From NCBI GenBank assembly GCA_965263055.1, contig OZ253581.1:204337-268336 (forward strand): a stretch of DNA of 64,000 bases, read 5' to 3'. The position numbers and the translations under genes are program-made. Positions 1 through 8,745 of this stretch are shown in pieces. Position 1 is the stretch's first letter. Each line of letters begins with the position of its first letter. The DNA comes from Vicinamibacterales bacterium (GTDB lineage: Bacteria > Acidobacteriota > Vicinamibacteria > Vicinamibacterales > UBA8438). The notes under the pieces were generated by a model. The model was not told the DNA's origin and did no database searches. It saw only the letters and a program-made list of their open reading frames with translations.

Positions 1-2
1 CG

Positions 3-848
3 GCCACCGTCGCGCACCGCGTCCGCCTGCTGGAGAAACATCTCGACGTGCCGCTGTTCGACCGCGGCCATCGCGGCGTGCGCCTCAATGACCGCGGACA
101 GGCCTATCTGAAGGAGGTGCAGCGCATCCTCGCCGAGGTCCACGGCGTCTCCGAGCGCCAGCGCCGCTGGCCCCGCCGCGTCCGCATCGTCTCGGTCGAG
201 GCGGTCGCCGAGAAGTGGCTCGTGCCCCGCCTCGCCACTTTCAAGGCGGCGCACCCCGGCGTCGCCATCGAGCTGGAGACCAACCACCGCGGCGTCGACC
301 CCGACCGCCGCGACTTCGACGCCTGGTTCGCCTACACCGGCGAGACCGCCGCGCCGCGCCCGGTGACGAGCCGCGAGGACACGCTACTCGAGGAGACGCT
401 CTACCAGGAGGAGCTGCTGCCGGTGTGCAGCCCGGCCCTGCTCGCCGCGCGCGGCCGGCCCCGAGGCCCGGCCGACCTCGGCGGCTGGCCGCTGCTCTAC
501 GACCTGGGATGGGACGCCGACTGGTCGTACTGGTTCGCCCGCCAAGGCGAGTCCACGCCGGACCTGTCTCGGGCGTCCGGCTTCCGCCTCTACAGCATGC
601 TGGTGCAGGCCGCGGTGCACGGCATCGGCGCCGCCATCGGCCGTCCGACGCTCATCGCGCGCGAGCTGGAGAGCAGGACCCTGGTCCCGGTCTTCTACCG
701 CCAGGCCGAGGCGCCCGAACGCTGCTGCCTTATCACCACGGAAGCCGCCCGGCAGCGGGCGGAGGTGCGGGCGTTCCGGGAATGGGTCCTGGACGAGGCC
801 GGGGCCGCGGCCCGGACCGCGCCTGATCCCGTCGCGCGACAGCCGTGA
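3..848 (+). CDS. LysR-family transcriptional regulator (GcvA-like), 5' end outside window
   Basis: Frame is open from the window edge: ATVAHRVRLLEKHLDVPLFDR (LysR HTH tail), followed by a substrate-binding domain (WLVPRLATFKAAHPGVAIEL, QAAVHGIGAAIG). Confidence 0.9.
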   Translation, partial: ATVAHRVRLLEKHLDVPLFDRGHRGVRLNDRGQAYLKEVQRILAEVHGVSERQRRWPRRVRIVSVEAVAEKWLVPRLATFKAAHPGVAIELETNHRGVDPDRRDFDAWFAYTGETAAPRPVTSREDTLLEETLYQEELLPVCSPALLAARGRPRGPADLGGWPLLYDLGWDADWSYWFARQGESTPDLSRASGFRLYSMLVQAAVHGIGAAIGRPTLIARELESRTLVPVFYRQAEAPERCCLITTEAARQRAEVRAFREWVLDEAGAAARTAPDPVARQP

Positions 849-849
849 G

Positions 850-1124
850 CCGGCGCCGGGCCGGCGGCAATGCGGCCCGAACGCACATGCGCGATCAGTC
901 CCGCCATCGCCTTGCCGGTGTACACCGGGTCGAGCAGCAACGCCTCGTGCCGCGCCGCCAGCGCCCCCGACAACAGACGAATCGCGGAGAAGCTGGCCGC
1001 GTCGATCTCCCCAGCCCCGCGCGCCGCGGCACAGGACCGAGTTGGCGGCGAAGGCGACCATCGCCGCCGTCGTCAGGAGGCTGACGTACCTGACCCGCGC
1101 CACGGCGTCAGACGTGGCCGCCAT
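850..1124 (-). pseudogene. Chimeric remnant: DMT/EamA transporter N-terminus fused to D-cysteine desulfhydrase/ACC-deaminase C-terminus
   Basis: LLTTAAMVAFAANSVLCR, then a frameshift, then GAGEIDAASFSAIRLLSGAL running in frame into HEALLLDPVYTGKAMAGLI. Confidence 0.7.
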
Positions 1125-1594
1125 CGACCCACGTGCAGGTAATAGGTCTCGTACGACCCTCCGAATCTTCGACGGAGTGTCGGCTCCTCATAGAACAGCA
1201 CGTTCAGGTGGAACGCGACCAGCATCACCCCTGCGTACGCGAACAGCCGGGCCTGGCCAAAGAGCAGCGCCTGCCCTGAAACGATGATCAACACGGAGAC
1301 GTACATCGGGTTTCGCACGAACCGATAGAGGCCGGACGCCACCAGCACTTCGGTCTGCGCCACCGGTGCCGGTGTGCCACGCCCCTCGAGGGCGAAGCGG
1401 GCGAAGCAGTCCAGCAGGCAGGCCAGACCCGCCGCGACCGCCGCGACACCCACTACCCGCTCGCCCGGTAGCCCGAGCAGCGGTGGCTGCATCGTCCAAC
1501 CGACCAGTGCGAACGGGCCGACGCCGGCAACGACAGCGGGAGCGACCCAGAAGAAAACGAACGACCCCACGAGTGCACGCGTACGTGTCGTCAT
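1073..1594 (-). CDS. Isoprenylcysteine carboxyl methyltransferase / PEMT-family membrane protein
   Basis: GRGTPAP..LVASGLYRFVRNPMY..YEEPTLRRRFGGSYETY motifs; ATG at 1594. Confidence 0.85.
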   Translation of the reverse strand: MTTRTRALVGSFVFFWVAPAVVAGVGPFALVGWTMQPPLLGLPGERVVGVAAVAAGLACLLDCFARFALEGRGTPAPVAQTEVLVASGLYRFVRNPMYVSVLIIVSGQALLFGQARLFAYAGVMLVAFHLNVLFYEEPTLRRRFGGSYETYYLHVGRWRPRLTPWRGSGTSAS

Positions 1595-2009
1595 GAGACC
1601 CTGGGAGTCTGGTAGGTGATGTCCAGGCGGCTTCGCGCCTGTTGTCGTGCGCCGTCTGTGAGACTTCGCATGGGGTCTCGTCCCCCGTTCAGCAGACTGG
1701 CACTCGCGCCAATTCTTCTTACAGGGCCTCCTCGAGCGATTGTTCGACGAGGCGCACACTTGGGTCTGCTCCGACCATAGCCCCACCGACCAATCCCGCT
1801 CCGGGGGTGCGTCCGGTCGGGAACCGACTGCTAGTCGGAAGGTGGCTGGCGTCGATTGGCCGTACGTCTACCAGCCCAGCGTAGCCCGGTCGAGGAACCT
1901 GTTGTCTGTGCCGCCAGGGCTCTCCAGGCGGTGCGCGTCGATGCCCGTTCGAAGTCCAGGCCTTCTCTGGTCAACCACCACACCGCCGGCGCCGGCGCGG
2001 TTGAGGCAC

Positions 2010-2385
2010 AATAAACTGGCATGGATCGACCGGGCCGTCCCCCAAGAATGGCGAGACGCGTTCGACGCGGCGGCCGCACGGCCGTTCCACGTCCGCATGC
2101 GGTACGCGTTCGTCCACACGTACAAGCCGGTGATGGATGACAAGCCGTACCGCTCCTGGGAGAGCACGGCGGAATACCGCCGCTGGTCCAACGAGAACCT
2201 GCCCGACTGGTTGGGCTATGGGACCGATTAGCAACCGCCGGGTCGAGGAGCTACGAGACGCCCTGCAGCGGTACGGCGTCACCTACCTGTTCATCGGTGA
2301 GACGGGAGCGATCCTCCACGGCTTCCCCGACACCACACAGGACGCCGACCTGTACGTGCAGAAGACGCTGCGCAACGGGATTCGG
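2010..2385 (+). pseudogene. Small ORF plus overlapping truncated nucleotidyltransferase (MNT/TA-like pair remnant)
   Basis: ORF ending ..NENLPDWLGYGTD* overlaps MGPISNRRVEELRDALQRYGVTYLFIGETGAILHGFPDTTQDADLYV (pol-beta-like GxxA..DxD pattern), which then breaks off. Confidence 0.5.
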
Positions 2386-2756
2386 TACACTTCGGGCCGA
2401 CCTTTGGATCCGTCGGGTAGTTGGCAAACGCGCAGACCGGATCGGGGCGGGCGCGCCTCATTGGGGTAGATGTGCTGCCGCGGAGGGACCGATTCAGGGG
2501 AGTGGAGCGCGTCCGAATGTCGCGGCCCGCGGGAACGTATCCGCCGATTGGAGGAAGGACCTGTCGGGGTGCTCGTCGAGAGGGACGGCCGGGTCGGTTG
2601 GAAGGTGGTCTCGGCTGGTGGTGAGGGCGTATATGCGTAACCGCGACCCCCTGCCGAGTGCCGAAGATTGGGCGGCGCGGCTCGACCTGGCGCGCCGGGG
2701 CGGCGATCGGTGGTGCGGCCCGCGCCCGGTGTGCGCCGGCACGGATGAGGTGCCCA

Positions 2757-5459
2757 ATGGCTGCCGATGATGTGATCACCAAGGCAAGGGAACTCCCGAG
2801 CGGCGCGGTGTTCCATCGTTGCGCGCTTCAGGTGAACCCTCACCACTACGATTCCACGTACCGGGGCCACGCACCGTCCGGCGACGCTGTCGATCACGCC
2901 GGGGCGATCGTTCAGAAAGCGTCGGACCTCGGCGTCTCCGTGCTCGCCATCACCGACCACAACCACGTCGGCGGCGTCGCCGCGTTCCGCGCCGCCGCCG
3001 AAGGACGTGGCATCCACATCTTTCCCGGCTTCGAGTTGTCGTCGAGCGAGGGTATTCACGTTCTGTGCATCTATGCCCCCGACACGGCGGACGACCTTCT
3101 CGCGCGCTACCTCGGCGGGTTCGGCATCACCGACACGAAGCCCTCGGCCAAGTTGGCTGACAAGGCCTTTGTGGACATCCTCGCCAAGGTACGCGAGCAG
3201 GGCGGTGTCGCGATTGCTGCCCACGTGACCAACGATAGCGGGCTGCTCAAGGTCCTCACCGGTCAGGCGCGCATCCAGGCGTGGCGGAGTGAAGACCTGC
3301 TGGCGATCCAGATTCCCGGCCCCGTTGCCAACTTACCCCACGACGCGAAGCAAATCGTGAAGAACACGAATCCCGACTACCGGCGCGACCCTGCCGCCGA
3401 GGATGGGCTCGCCATCGCGGTCGTCAACGCGAGGGACATCGCCAAGCCCGAAGACCTTGACGATCGCTCGGCCACCTGCCGGATCAAGATGTCAGAGGTG
3501 ACGATCGAGGGGCTGCGCCAGGCCTTTCTGGACCCCGGCTCGCGCATCCTCCTCAATCCCAAGGAAGGCAAGGTGGAGCCAGAGGAGCACGCCGAGCTCG
3601 TCGCGCTCGCCTGGGAGGGAGGATTCCTCGACGGCGCCGCTATCCACTTCAATCCGAACCTCAACGTCCTGGTCGGGGGCCGCGGGACCGGCAAGTCGAC
3701 CGTGATCGAGAGCATCCGCACGGTGCTGGGCGTCGAGGCAATCGGCAACGAGGCGCGCAGGGCCCACGAGGGCATCATCCGCCACGTCCTGAAGAACGGG
3801 ACCAAGATCTCGCTACTGGTCCGCGCCCATCGCCCGGCGGTTCGCGAGTACCGCATCGAGCGCACGATCCCGAACCCGCCGCTGGTCCGGGACGATCATG
3901 GCGAGGTATCCAATCTCTCGCCCCAGGACGTGCTGCCGCGTGTCGAGGTCTTCGGCCAGCACGAGATCTCGGAGCTGACCAAGAGCCGCGAGAAGCTGAC
4001 CCGCCTGCTCGACCGCTTCGTCGATCGCGATGACGACCTCCCGCGCAAGAAGGCCGACCTACGCCGCGCGCTGGAGAGGAGCCGCAAGAGCCTGGTCGAC
4101 ACGCGCGCCGAGTTGGCGCAGATCGAGGAGCGTCTGGCAGCGCTTCCGGGCCTCGAAGAGACGCTGGAGCGCTTTCGCGAAGCCGGGCTCGAGGATCGGC
4201 TCAAGGAGCAGAGCCTGCTCGTGCGCGAGGAGCGCCTGCTTGCCTCCATTCCGGAGCGCCTCGCGTCATTCCGCGAATGTCTCGAGACCCTGAAGCGCAA
4301 AGTCCCGATGGACCGCGTGTTCCTCTCCGCCAAGGCTCTCGAGGATCTGCCCGGAAAGGCGATCCTTCAGCGCTTGAACGGCGTCCTCGAAACGCTCGAC
4401 CTCGAACTCCAGCGAATCGCGAAAGACCTGGAGCAGGCGCTGGCGCGCGCCGACGAGGGTGTCGCCCTGGTGCGCACCGAGTGGGAGACGCGCAAGAAGG
4501 ATGTCCAAGAGGTCTACGAGAAGATCCTCCGCGAGCTGCAGAAGTCGCGCGTGGATGGCGAGGAGTTCATCCGCCTGCGGCGGCAGATCGAGGCGCTGCG
4601 GCCTCTGCGCGAGCGACAGGCCTCGGCCCGGCGCACCGAGAAGGAGCACGCCGACCGCCGCCGCAGCCTGCTGGCGGAGTGGGAGGACCTCAAAGCGCGG
4701 GAGTTCCGATGCCTGGACGGCGCGGCGAAGGGAGTCAACAGGAAGTTCCGCGATCGGGTGCAGGTGGAGGTGACCGCGGCCGGCAACCGCGAGCCGCTGT
4801 TCAACCTCCTCCGGGAGAAGGTTGGCGGGCGACTGTCCGAAGCGATCGATAGCCTCCGGAGCGTTCGCGATCTCTCCCTCACTCAGTTCGTCGAGGCCTG
4901 CCGTTCCGGCGCAGAGGCGCTGAACAAGACGTTCGGCATCACGCCAGCCCAAGGCGAGCGCCTCGCCAAGGCTGAGCCCGAGGTGCTGATGCGCGTCGAG
5001 GAACTCGACCTGCCCCCGACGACCGCGATCCGACTCAATACGGCTCCCGCCGGAGAGCCCCCGGAGTGGCAGGCGCTCGAGGACCTCTCCACCGGCCAGA
5101 AGGCCACCGCGGTCCTGCTCCTGCTGCTGCTCGAGTCCGAAGCGCCGCTCATCGTCGATCAACCGGAGGACGATCTCGACAACCGCTTCATCACCGAGGG
5201 CGTCGTCCCGCGCATGCGCGAGGAGAAGCAGCGCCGGCAGTTCCTTTTCTCCACCCACAACGCCAACATCCCGGTCCTCGGCGATGCCGAGCTGATCGTC
5301 GGCCTTTCCGCCACTGGCGAGGCCGAGCACGGCCGCGCGCGCATCACCCCCGAGCACATGGGCTCGATCGACGCCAAGCCCGTGCGCGAGCTGGTCGAGG
5401 AGATCCTCGAAGGCGGCAAGGAAGCCTTCGAGCGCCGGCGCCGGAAATACGGGTTCTGA
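2757..5459 (+). CDS. PHP-domain phosphoesterase fused to SMC-like ABC ATPase (TrlF/Ppl-like, putative anti-phage protein)
   Basis: PHP motifs LAITDHN, FPGFEL, AAHV; Walker A GGRGTGKST; long coiled coil; signature LSTGQK; Walker B/D-loop LIVDQPEDDLDN; H-loop STHN; GAGG RBS before ATG 2757. Confidence 0.85.
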   Translation: MAADDVITKARELPSGAVFHRCALQVNPHHYDSTYRGHAPSGDAVDHAGAIVQKASDLGVSVLAITDHNHVGGVAAFRAAAEGRGIHIFPGFELSSSEGIHVLCIYAPDTADDLLARYLGGFGITDTKPSAKLADKAFVDILAKVREQGGVAIAAHVTNDSGLLKVLTGQARIQAWRSEDLLAIQIPGPVANLPHDAKQIVKNTNPDYRRDPAAEDGLAIAVVNARDIAKPEDLDDRSATCRIKMSEVTIEGLRQAFLDPGSRILLNPKEGKVEPEEHAELVALAWEGGFLDGAAIHFNPNLNVLVGGRGTGKSTVIESIRTVLGVEAIGNEARRAHEGIIRHVLKNGTKISLLVRAHRPAVREYRIERTIPNPPLVRDDHGEVSNLSPQDVLPRVEVFGQHEISELTKSREKLTRLLDRFVDRDDDLPRKKADLRRALERSRKSLVDTRAELAQIEERLAALPGLEETLERFREAGLEDRLKEQSLLVREERLLASIPERLASFRECLETLKRKVPMDRVFLSAKALEDLPGKAILQRLNGVLETLDLELQRIAKDLEQALARADEGVALVRTEWETRKKDVQEVYEKILRELQKSRVDGEEFIRLRRQIEALRPLRERQASARRTEKEHADRRRSLLAEWEDLKAREFRCLDGAAKGVNRKFRDRVQVEVTAAGNREPLFNLLREKVGGRLSEAIDSLRSVRDLSLTQFVEACRSGAEALNKTFGITPAQGERLAKAEPEVLMRVEELDLPPTTAIRLNTAPAGEPPEWQALEDLSTGQKATAVLLLLLLESEAPLIVDQPEDDLDNRFITEGVVPRMREEKQRRQFLFSTHNANIPVLGDAELIVGLSATGEAEHGRARITPEHMGSIDAKPVRELVEEILEGGKEAFERRRRKYGF

Positions 5460-5470
5460 GGAGCGGTGCG

Positions 5471-6757
5471 ATGAACCGAACCGATCTTGAAGAACTGATC
5501 CGCAACGGCGAGAATTCGGGCGTCGAGTTCAAGCGTGACGATGTCCTCCCTGAGCGACTCGCCAAGGAGTTGGCGGCGCTGCTGAACCAAGAGGGGGGGC
5601 ATCTCCTCCTCGGCGTTGAAGACGACGGCACCGTTACGGGTTTGGCCCGCGCACCGAAGCAGGTCGAGGAATGGATCATGGAGGTCGCGCGTGTGCACCT
5701 TCGCCCTGCGGCCATTCCGTTCTGGGAGGCCCTGAAGCTGGACGACGGAAATGTCGTCGGAGTCATCTCGCTTCCCGCCGACGCGCCGGACAAACCCTAC
5801 AAGGCCAAGCGCGGAACGGCGTGGGTGACGCAGGTTCGGGTGGGCACGACCACCCGCGATGCGACGAACGCAGAGGAAGCGCGTCTCTACATGCAGTCCG
5901 GGCACCTACAGTACGACCGCAAGCCGATTCCCGGCGCGACGTTCGACGACCTCGACTTGCGACGCCTGGTGAATTACTTCCGTGACCTGCGCCAGCAGGG
6001 GGCTCCAGAGGGCACGGACCGCGAGTCCTGGCTGCGCCTGCTGGTCAACACCGAGTTGATGGCCGAGGACCGCACCCGACCGATGCCGAGCGCGGGCGGG
6101 CTGCTGCTCTTGGGCCTGAAGCCAAACCGCTTCCTCCCCCAGGCCGGAATCAGCGCAGTGGCCTACTCCGGCACCGAGAAGGACTATGACGCGAAGGCCC
6201 GGGCGACGCTGCGAGGGCCCGCAGTGTCCCTGTTCCCCACCCCGTCGGACGATCCCGGGCAGCCGCTCTACCCCCTGCTGCCACGTACGTTTTCGGAGGC
6301 TGGCAACGCCGTTGAAGCGGGCGTCATCGAGCAAGCCCTCGACTTCGTGCGCCGCAACATCCAAGTGACCGCCTGGATCGAGAACGGTGGGCGGCGCCTG
6401 GAGCGCTGGGACTACCCGCTCGAAGCCGTGCGCGAAGCGCTGGTCAACGCGGTCGCCCACCGCGACTACACCATCACCGTGACGGACATCGAGCTTTCCA
6501 TCTACACCGACCGGATCGAGATCATCTCTCCCGGGCGCCTCCCGAACACGGTCACCGTCGACAAAATGCGGGCCGGATACCGCGCCTCGCGCAACGAGTT
6601 GATCAAAGAGGTGCTGCGCGACTACCGCTACATCGAAGCCACCGGCCTCGGAGTGCCTCGCAGAATCATTGATGGGATGCACGCGCACAACGGCACCGAG
6701 CCTGACCTCATCGAAGAGGATGATCGCTTCCTGGTACGTCTGTGGAAGGAAGCGTGA
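5471..6757 (+). CDS. Schlafen/AlbA_2 domain protein with C-terminal HATPase_c_4 (RecG-C-like) domain
   Basis: GENSGVEFKR..ELAALLNQEGGHLLLGVEDDG (AlbA_2); REALVNAVAHRDY..DRIEIISPGRLP..SRN..IEATGLGVPR; starts 11 bp after the upstream stop. Confidence 0.85.
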   Translation: MNRTDLEELIRNGENSGVEFKRDDVLPERLAKELAALLNQEGGHLLLGVEDDGTVTGLARAPKQVEEWIMEVARVHLRPAAIPFWEALKLDDGNVVGVISLPADAPDKPYKAKRGTAWVTQVRVGTTTRDATNAEEARLYMQSGHLQYDRKPIPGATFDDLDLRRLVNYFRDLRQQGAPEGTDRESWLRLLVNTELMAEDRTRPMPSAGGLLLLGLKPNRFLPQAGISAVAYSGTEKDYDAKARATLRGPAVSLFPTPSDDPGQPLYPLLPRTFSEAGNAVEAGVIEQALDFVRRNIQVTAWIENGGRRLERWDYPLEAVREALVNAVAHRDYTITVTDIELSIYTDRIEIISPGRLPNTVTVDKMRAGYRASRNELIKEVLRDYRYIEATGLGVPRRIIDGMHAHNGTEPDLIEEDDRFLVRLWKEA

Positions 6758-6770
6758 CCCACATTCCATT

Positions 6771-6892
6771 CGTGCTCCACCAAAAACGCCCATAAACCCC
6801 GCATTCATTGGGACCATCGGAACCAGACCGGGTCGCAAACGGTCACAAGACAGCAAGCAGAACCAGAAACGGCTGGCAGTGCGGCTGGCAGT
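6771..6892 (+). other. att-like junction: tRNA/tmRNA-type tail CTCCACCA followed by an arm-type direct repeat
   Basis: GCTCCACCA at 6774-6782; CGGCTGGCAGT at 6870-6880 and 6882-6892 (12-bp period). Confidence 0.45.
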
Positions 6893-7019
6893 CCTGGGCA
6901 GGGATCGCACAGCCAGCCACGCCGTTGACACCGCACCGGGTTCACATGCCGAGCATTCACGAGCACAACCGCAATGCCGCGTTCTTCGAGGAGCTCGTAG
7001 ATCGGGGACTACAGGACCG

Positions 7020-7235
7020 AGGGTCATCGACCGACGCGGACCCTGGCGACATGCCGAGGCCGTGGAGATAGCCACGCTCGACTGGGTGGATTGGTTCAAC
7101 AACCGGCGGCTGCTCAGCTCGATCGGTGACGCGCCACCGGTCGAGTACGAAGAGCAGTACTATCAGGCGCAGAACGCTCCAGCCATGGTGGCCGGAGTCA
7201 ACTAATGAGCTCTCCGGGAAACCCCGTACGGTTCA
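7020..7235 (+). mobile_element. IS3-family (IS51/IS6110-like) remnant: transposase C-terminus and right IR
   Basis: GPWRHAEAVEIATLDWVDWFNNRRLLSSIGDAPPVEYE*; end reads TGAACCGTACGGGGTTTCCCGGAGAG on the minus strand. Confidence 0.85.
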
Positions 7236-7289
7236 TGTACCTCTGCAGGTGCTGCCGATGACGGCTCGCGAGTTTCGTCTGGGAGAACC

Positions 7290-8087
7290 ATGACCGAAGA
7301 TGCACACGCTCGGCCGTCGGGCGATGCGCCGGAGCCTCTATACGATCTGAATGTTCCGACGCCAACGCACGCCGAGCGGGCGCGCACGCTGGTCGCGCAG
7401 ATCTCGACCGGCACGCTGTGTACCCTTGCTCTGGAGCCGGCCGGCTACCCCTACGGCTCGTTCGTGACCGTCGCCTTAGACGACGGAGCGCCGATCTTCC
7501 TGATTAGCCGGCTCGCCGAGCACACCAAGAATCTTGAACGGGATCCGCGCGCATCGCTGCTGGTGGCCGAAGGGGGCTCCGCGGATCCGCTCGCCAACGG
7601 TCGTGTCACGATGATCGGTCGGTGTACTCGTGTCAAGGGAGAGGGAGGCAGCGCTCGTGACGCGTTTTTGGCGACTCATCCCAATGCCGCGTACTACGCC
7701 GACTTTCGCGACTTCGCGTTCTGGAGGCTCCACGTGGCGTCGGTTCGGTACATCGGGGGCTATGGACGCATGTCGTGGGTGAGCGAGGCCGAGTGGCAAA
7801 CCGCCGAACCGGATCCGCTCGGTCCGTCGGCGGCCGCCACGATCGCGCACATGAACGCCGACCACGCCGATGCGCTGGTGCTCTACTGCAAGGCCTTTTC
7901 GAAGGCGACCGAGGTCAGCGCCGCTAGCATGACGAGCGTGGATCGGTACGGGTTCGAGATGTCGGCGAAGACCAGAGAGGGGCCGCGGCCCGTTCGGTTG
8001 GCGTTTACCGAGCCGGTCAGCACACCGGACGAGGCACGCGCCGCTTTGATCGCGATGCTCAAGGACGCCAGGAACACACTGGCCTGA
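7290..8087 (+). CDS. HugZ-like pyridoxamine 5'-phosphate oxidase-family protein with DUF2470
   Basis: GYPYGSFV..ISRLAEHTKNL..DPRASLLV..RYIGGYGRMSWV..IAHMNADHAD..VDRYGFE. Confidence 0.85.
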   Translation: MTEDAHARPSGDAPEPLYDLNVPTPTHAERARTLVAQISTGTLCTLALEPAGYPYGSFVTVALDDGAPIFLISRLAEHTKNLERDPRASLLVAEGGSADPLANGRVTMIGRCTRVKGEGGSARDAFLATHPNAAYYADFRDFAFWRLHVASVRYIGGYGRMSWVSEAEWQTAEPDPLGPSAAATIAHMNADHADALVLYCKAFSKATEVSAASMTSVDRYGFEMSAKTREGPRPVRLAFTEPVSTPDEARAALIAMLKDARNTLA

Positions 8088-8169
8088 TGGTGCGGTCGGG
8101 GAACGTCGAGTCACTCGCGCGTCGAACTAGCCTGCCGACTGTGGCATAAAGGTAATCGGCGGTTTCCAG

Positions 8170-8529
8170 TCACCTGGCGACAGCGACCACATCTACGACA
8201 GTCGCCGTGCAACGCGGTTCCGGCACCGGCTCATGGTGTTCGCGCAGGCTCTCGACGTGAAACCGGATCGCCTCGCTGATCTCGCGGACCGCCTCTGCCT
8301 CAGAAGCGCCGGTGGCGACGCACCCAGGCAGGTCGGGAACGTAGGCGGCGTAGTTCTTCGGCGATTTTTGCTGCTCCAAGTGCCCCGCGGCAGGTCGTCG
8401 CTTAGCTTGCCGGCAATGGTCACGGTTCCGGGCTTGTCCGGATGCCGGTACACGATGGCTCCCCTTGGTGCAAACCAGCGACCAGCCGTCCTGCTCCACC
8501 AGGAGAATCGCGTCACGGACCTTCGGCAC
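8170..8529 (-). pseudogene. hicAB: Degenerate hicA-hicB toxin-antitoxin pair fused by frameshift and deletion
   Basis: HicA KVRDAILLVEQDGW..KGSHR, with YRHPDKPGTVTIAG in another frame; HicB NYAAYVPDLPGCVATGASEAEAVREISEAIRFHVESL. Confidence 0.8.
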
Positions 8530-8559
8530 GGGTCAGGTCATCCCTCACAGCTCCAGACC

Positions 8560-8705
8560 CGGAGAATTCGCCGTACAAGGCCATGCGTCAGCGCCAGCAA
8601 CTCACGGAGGACCTCGTCGTCGGAGATGTCCGCCGACCAACCGTACGCGGCAGCTACAGCCGCGTCAAGAGCCTCGTGCGCATCGGCGAGCCATTGGCGG
8701 CCGGA
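8560..8705 (-). pseudogene. C-terminal remnant of MmeI-like type IIL/IIG DNA methyltransferase
   Basis: RQWLADAHEALDAAVAAAYGWSADISDDEVLRELLAL is the typical MmeI-family C-terminus; cut at an IS21-like end. Confidence 0.7.
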
Positions 8706-8745
8706 TGTCAATGGCAACCGAAAACCGCACACTTCTGGGGAGGAC
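8706..8745 (+). mobile_element. Orphan IS21-family terminal repeat
   Basis: TGTCAATGGCAACCGAAAACCGCACACTTCTGG resembles IS21 ends; no ist genes follow. Confidence 0.55.
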
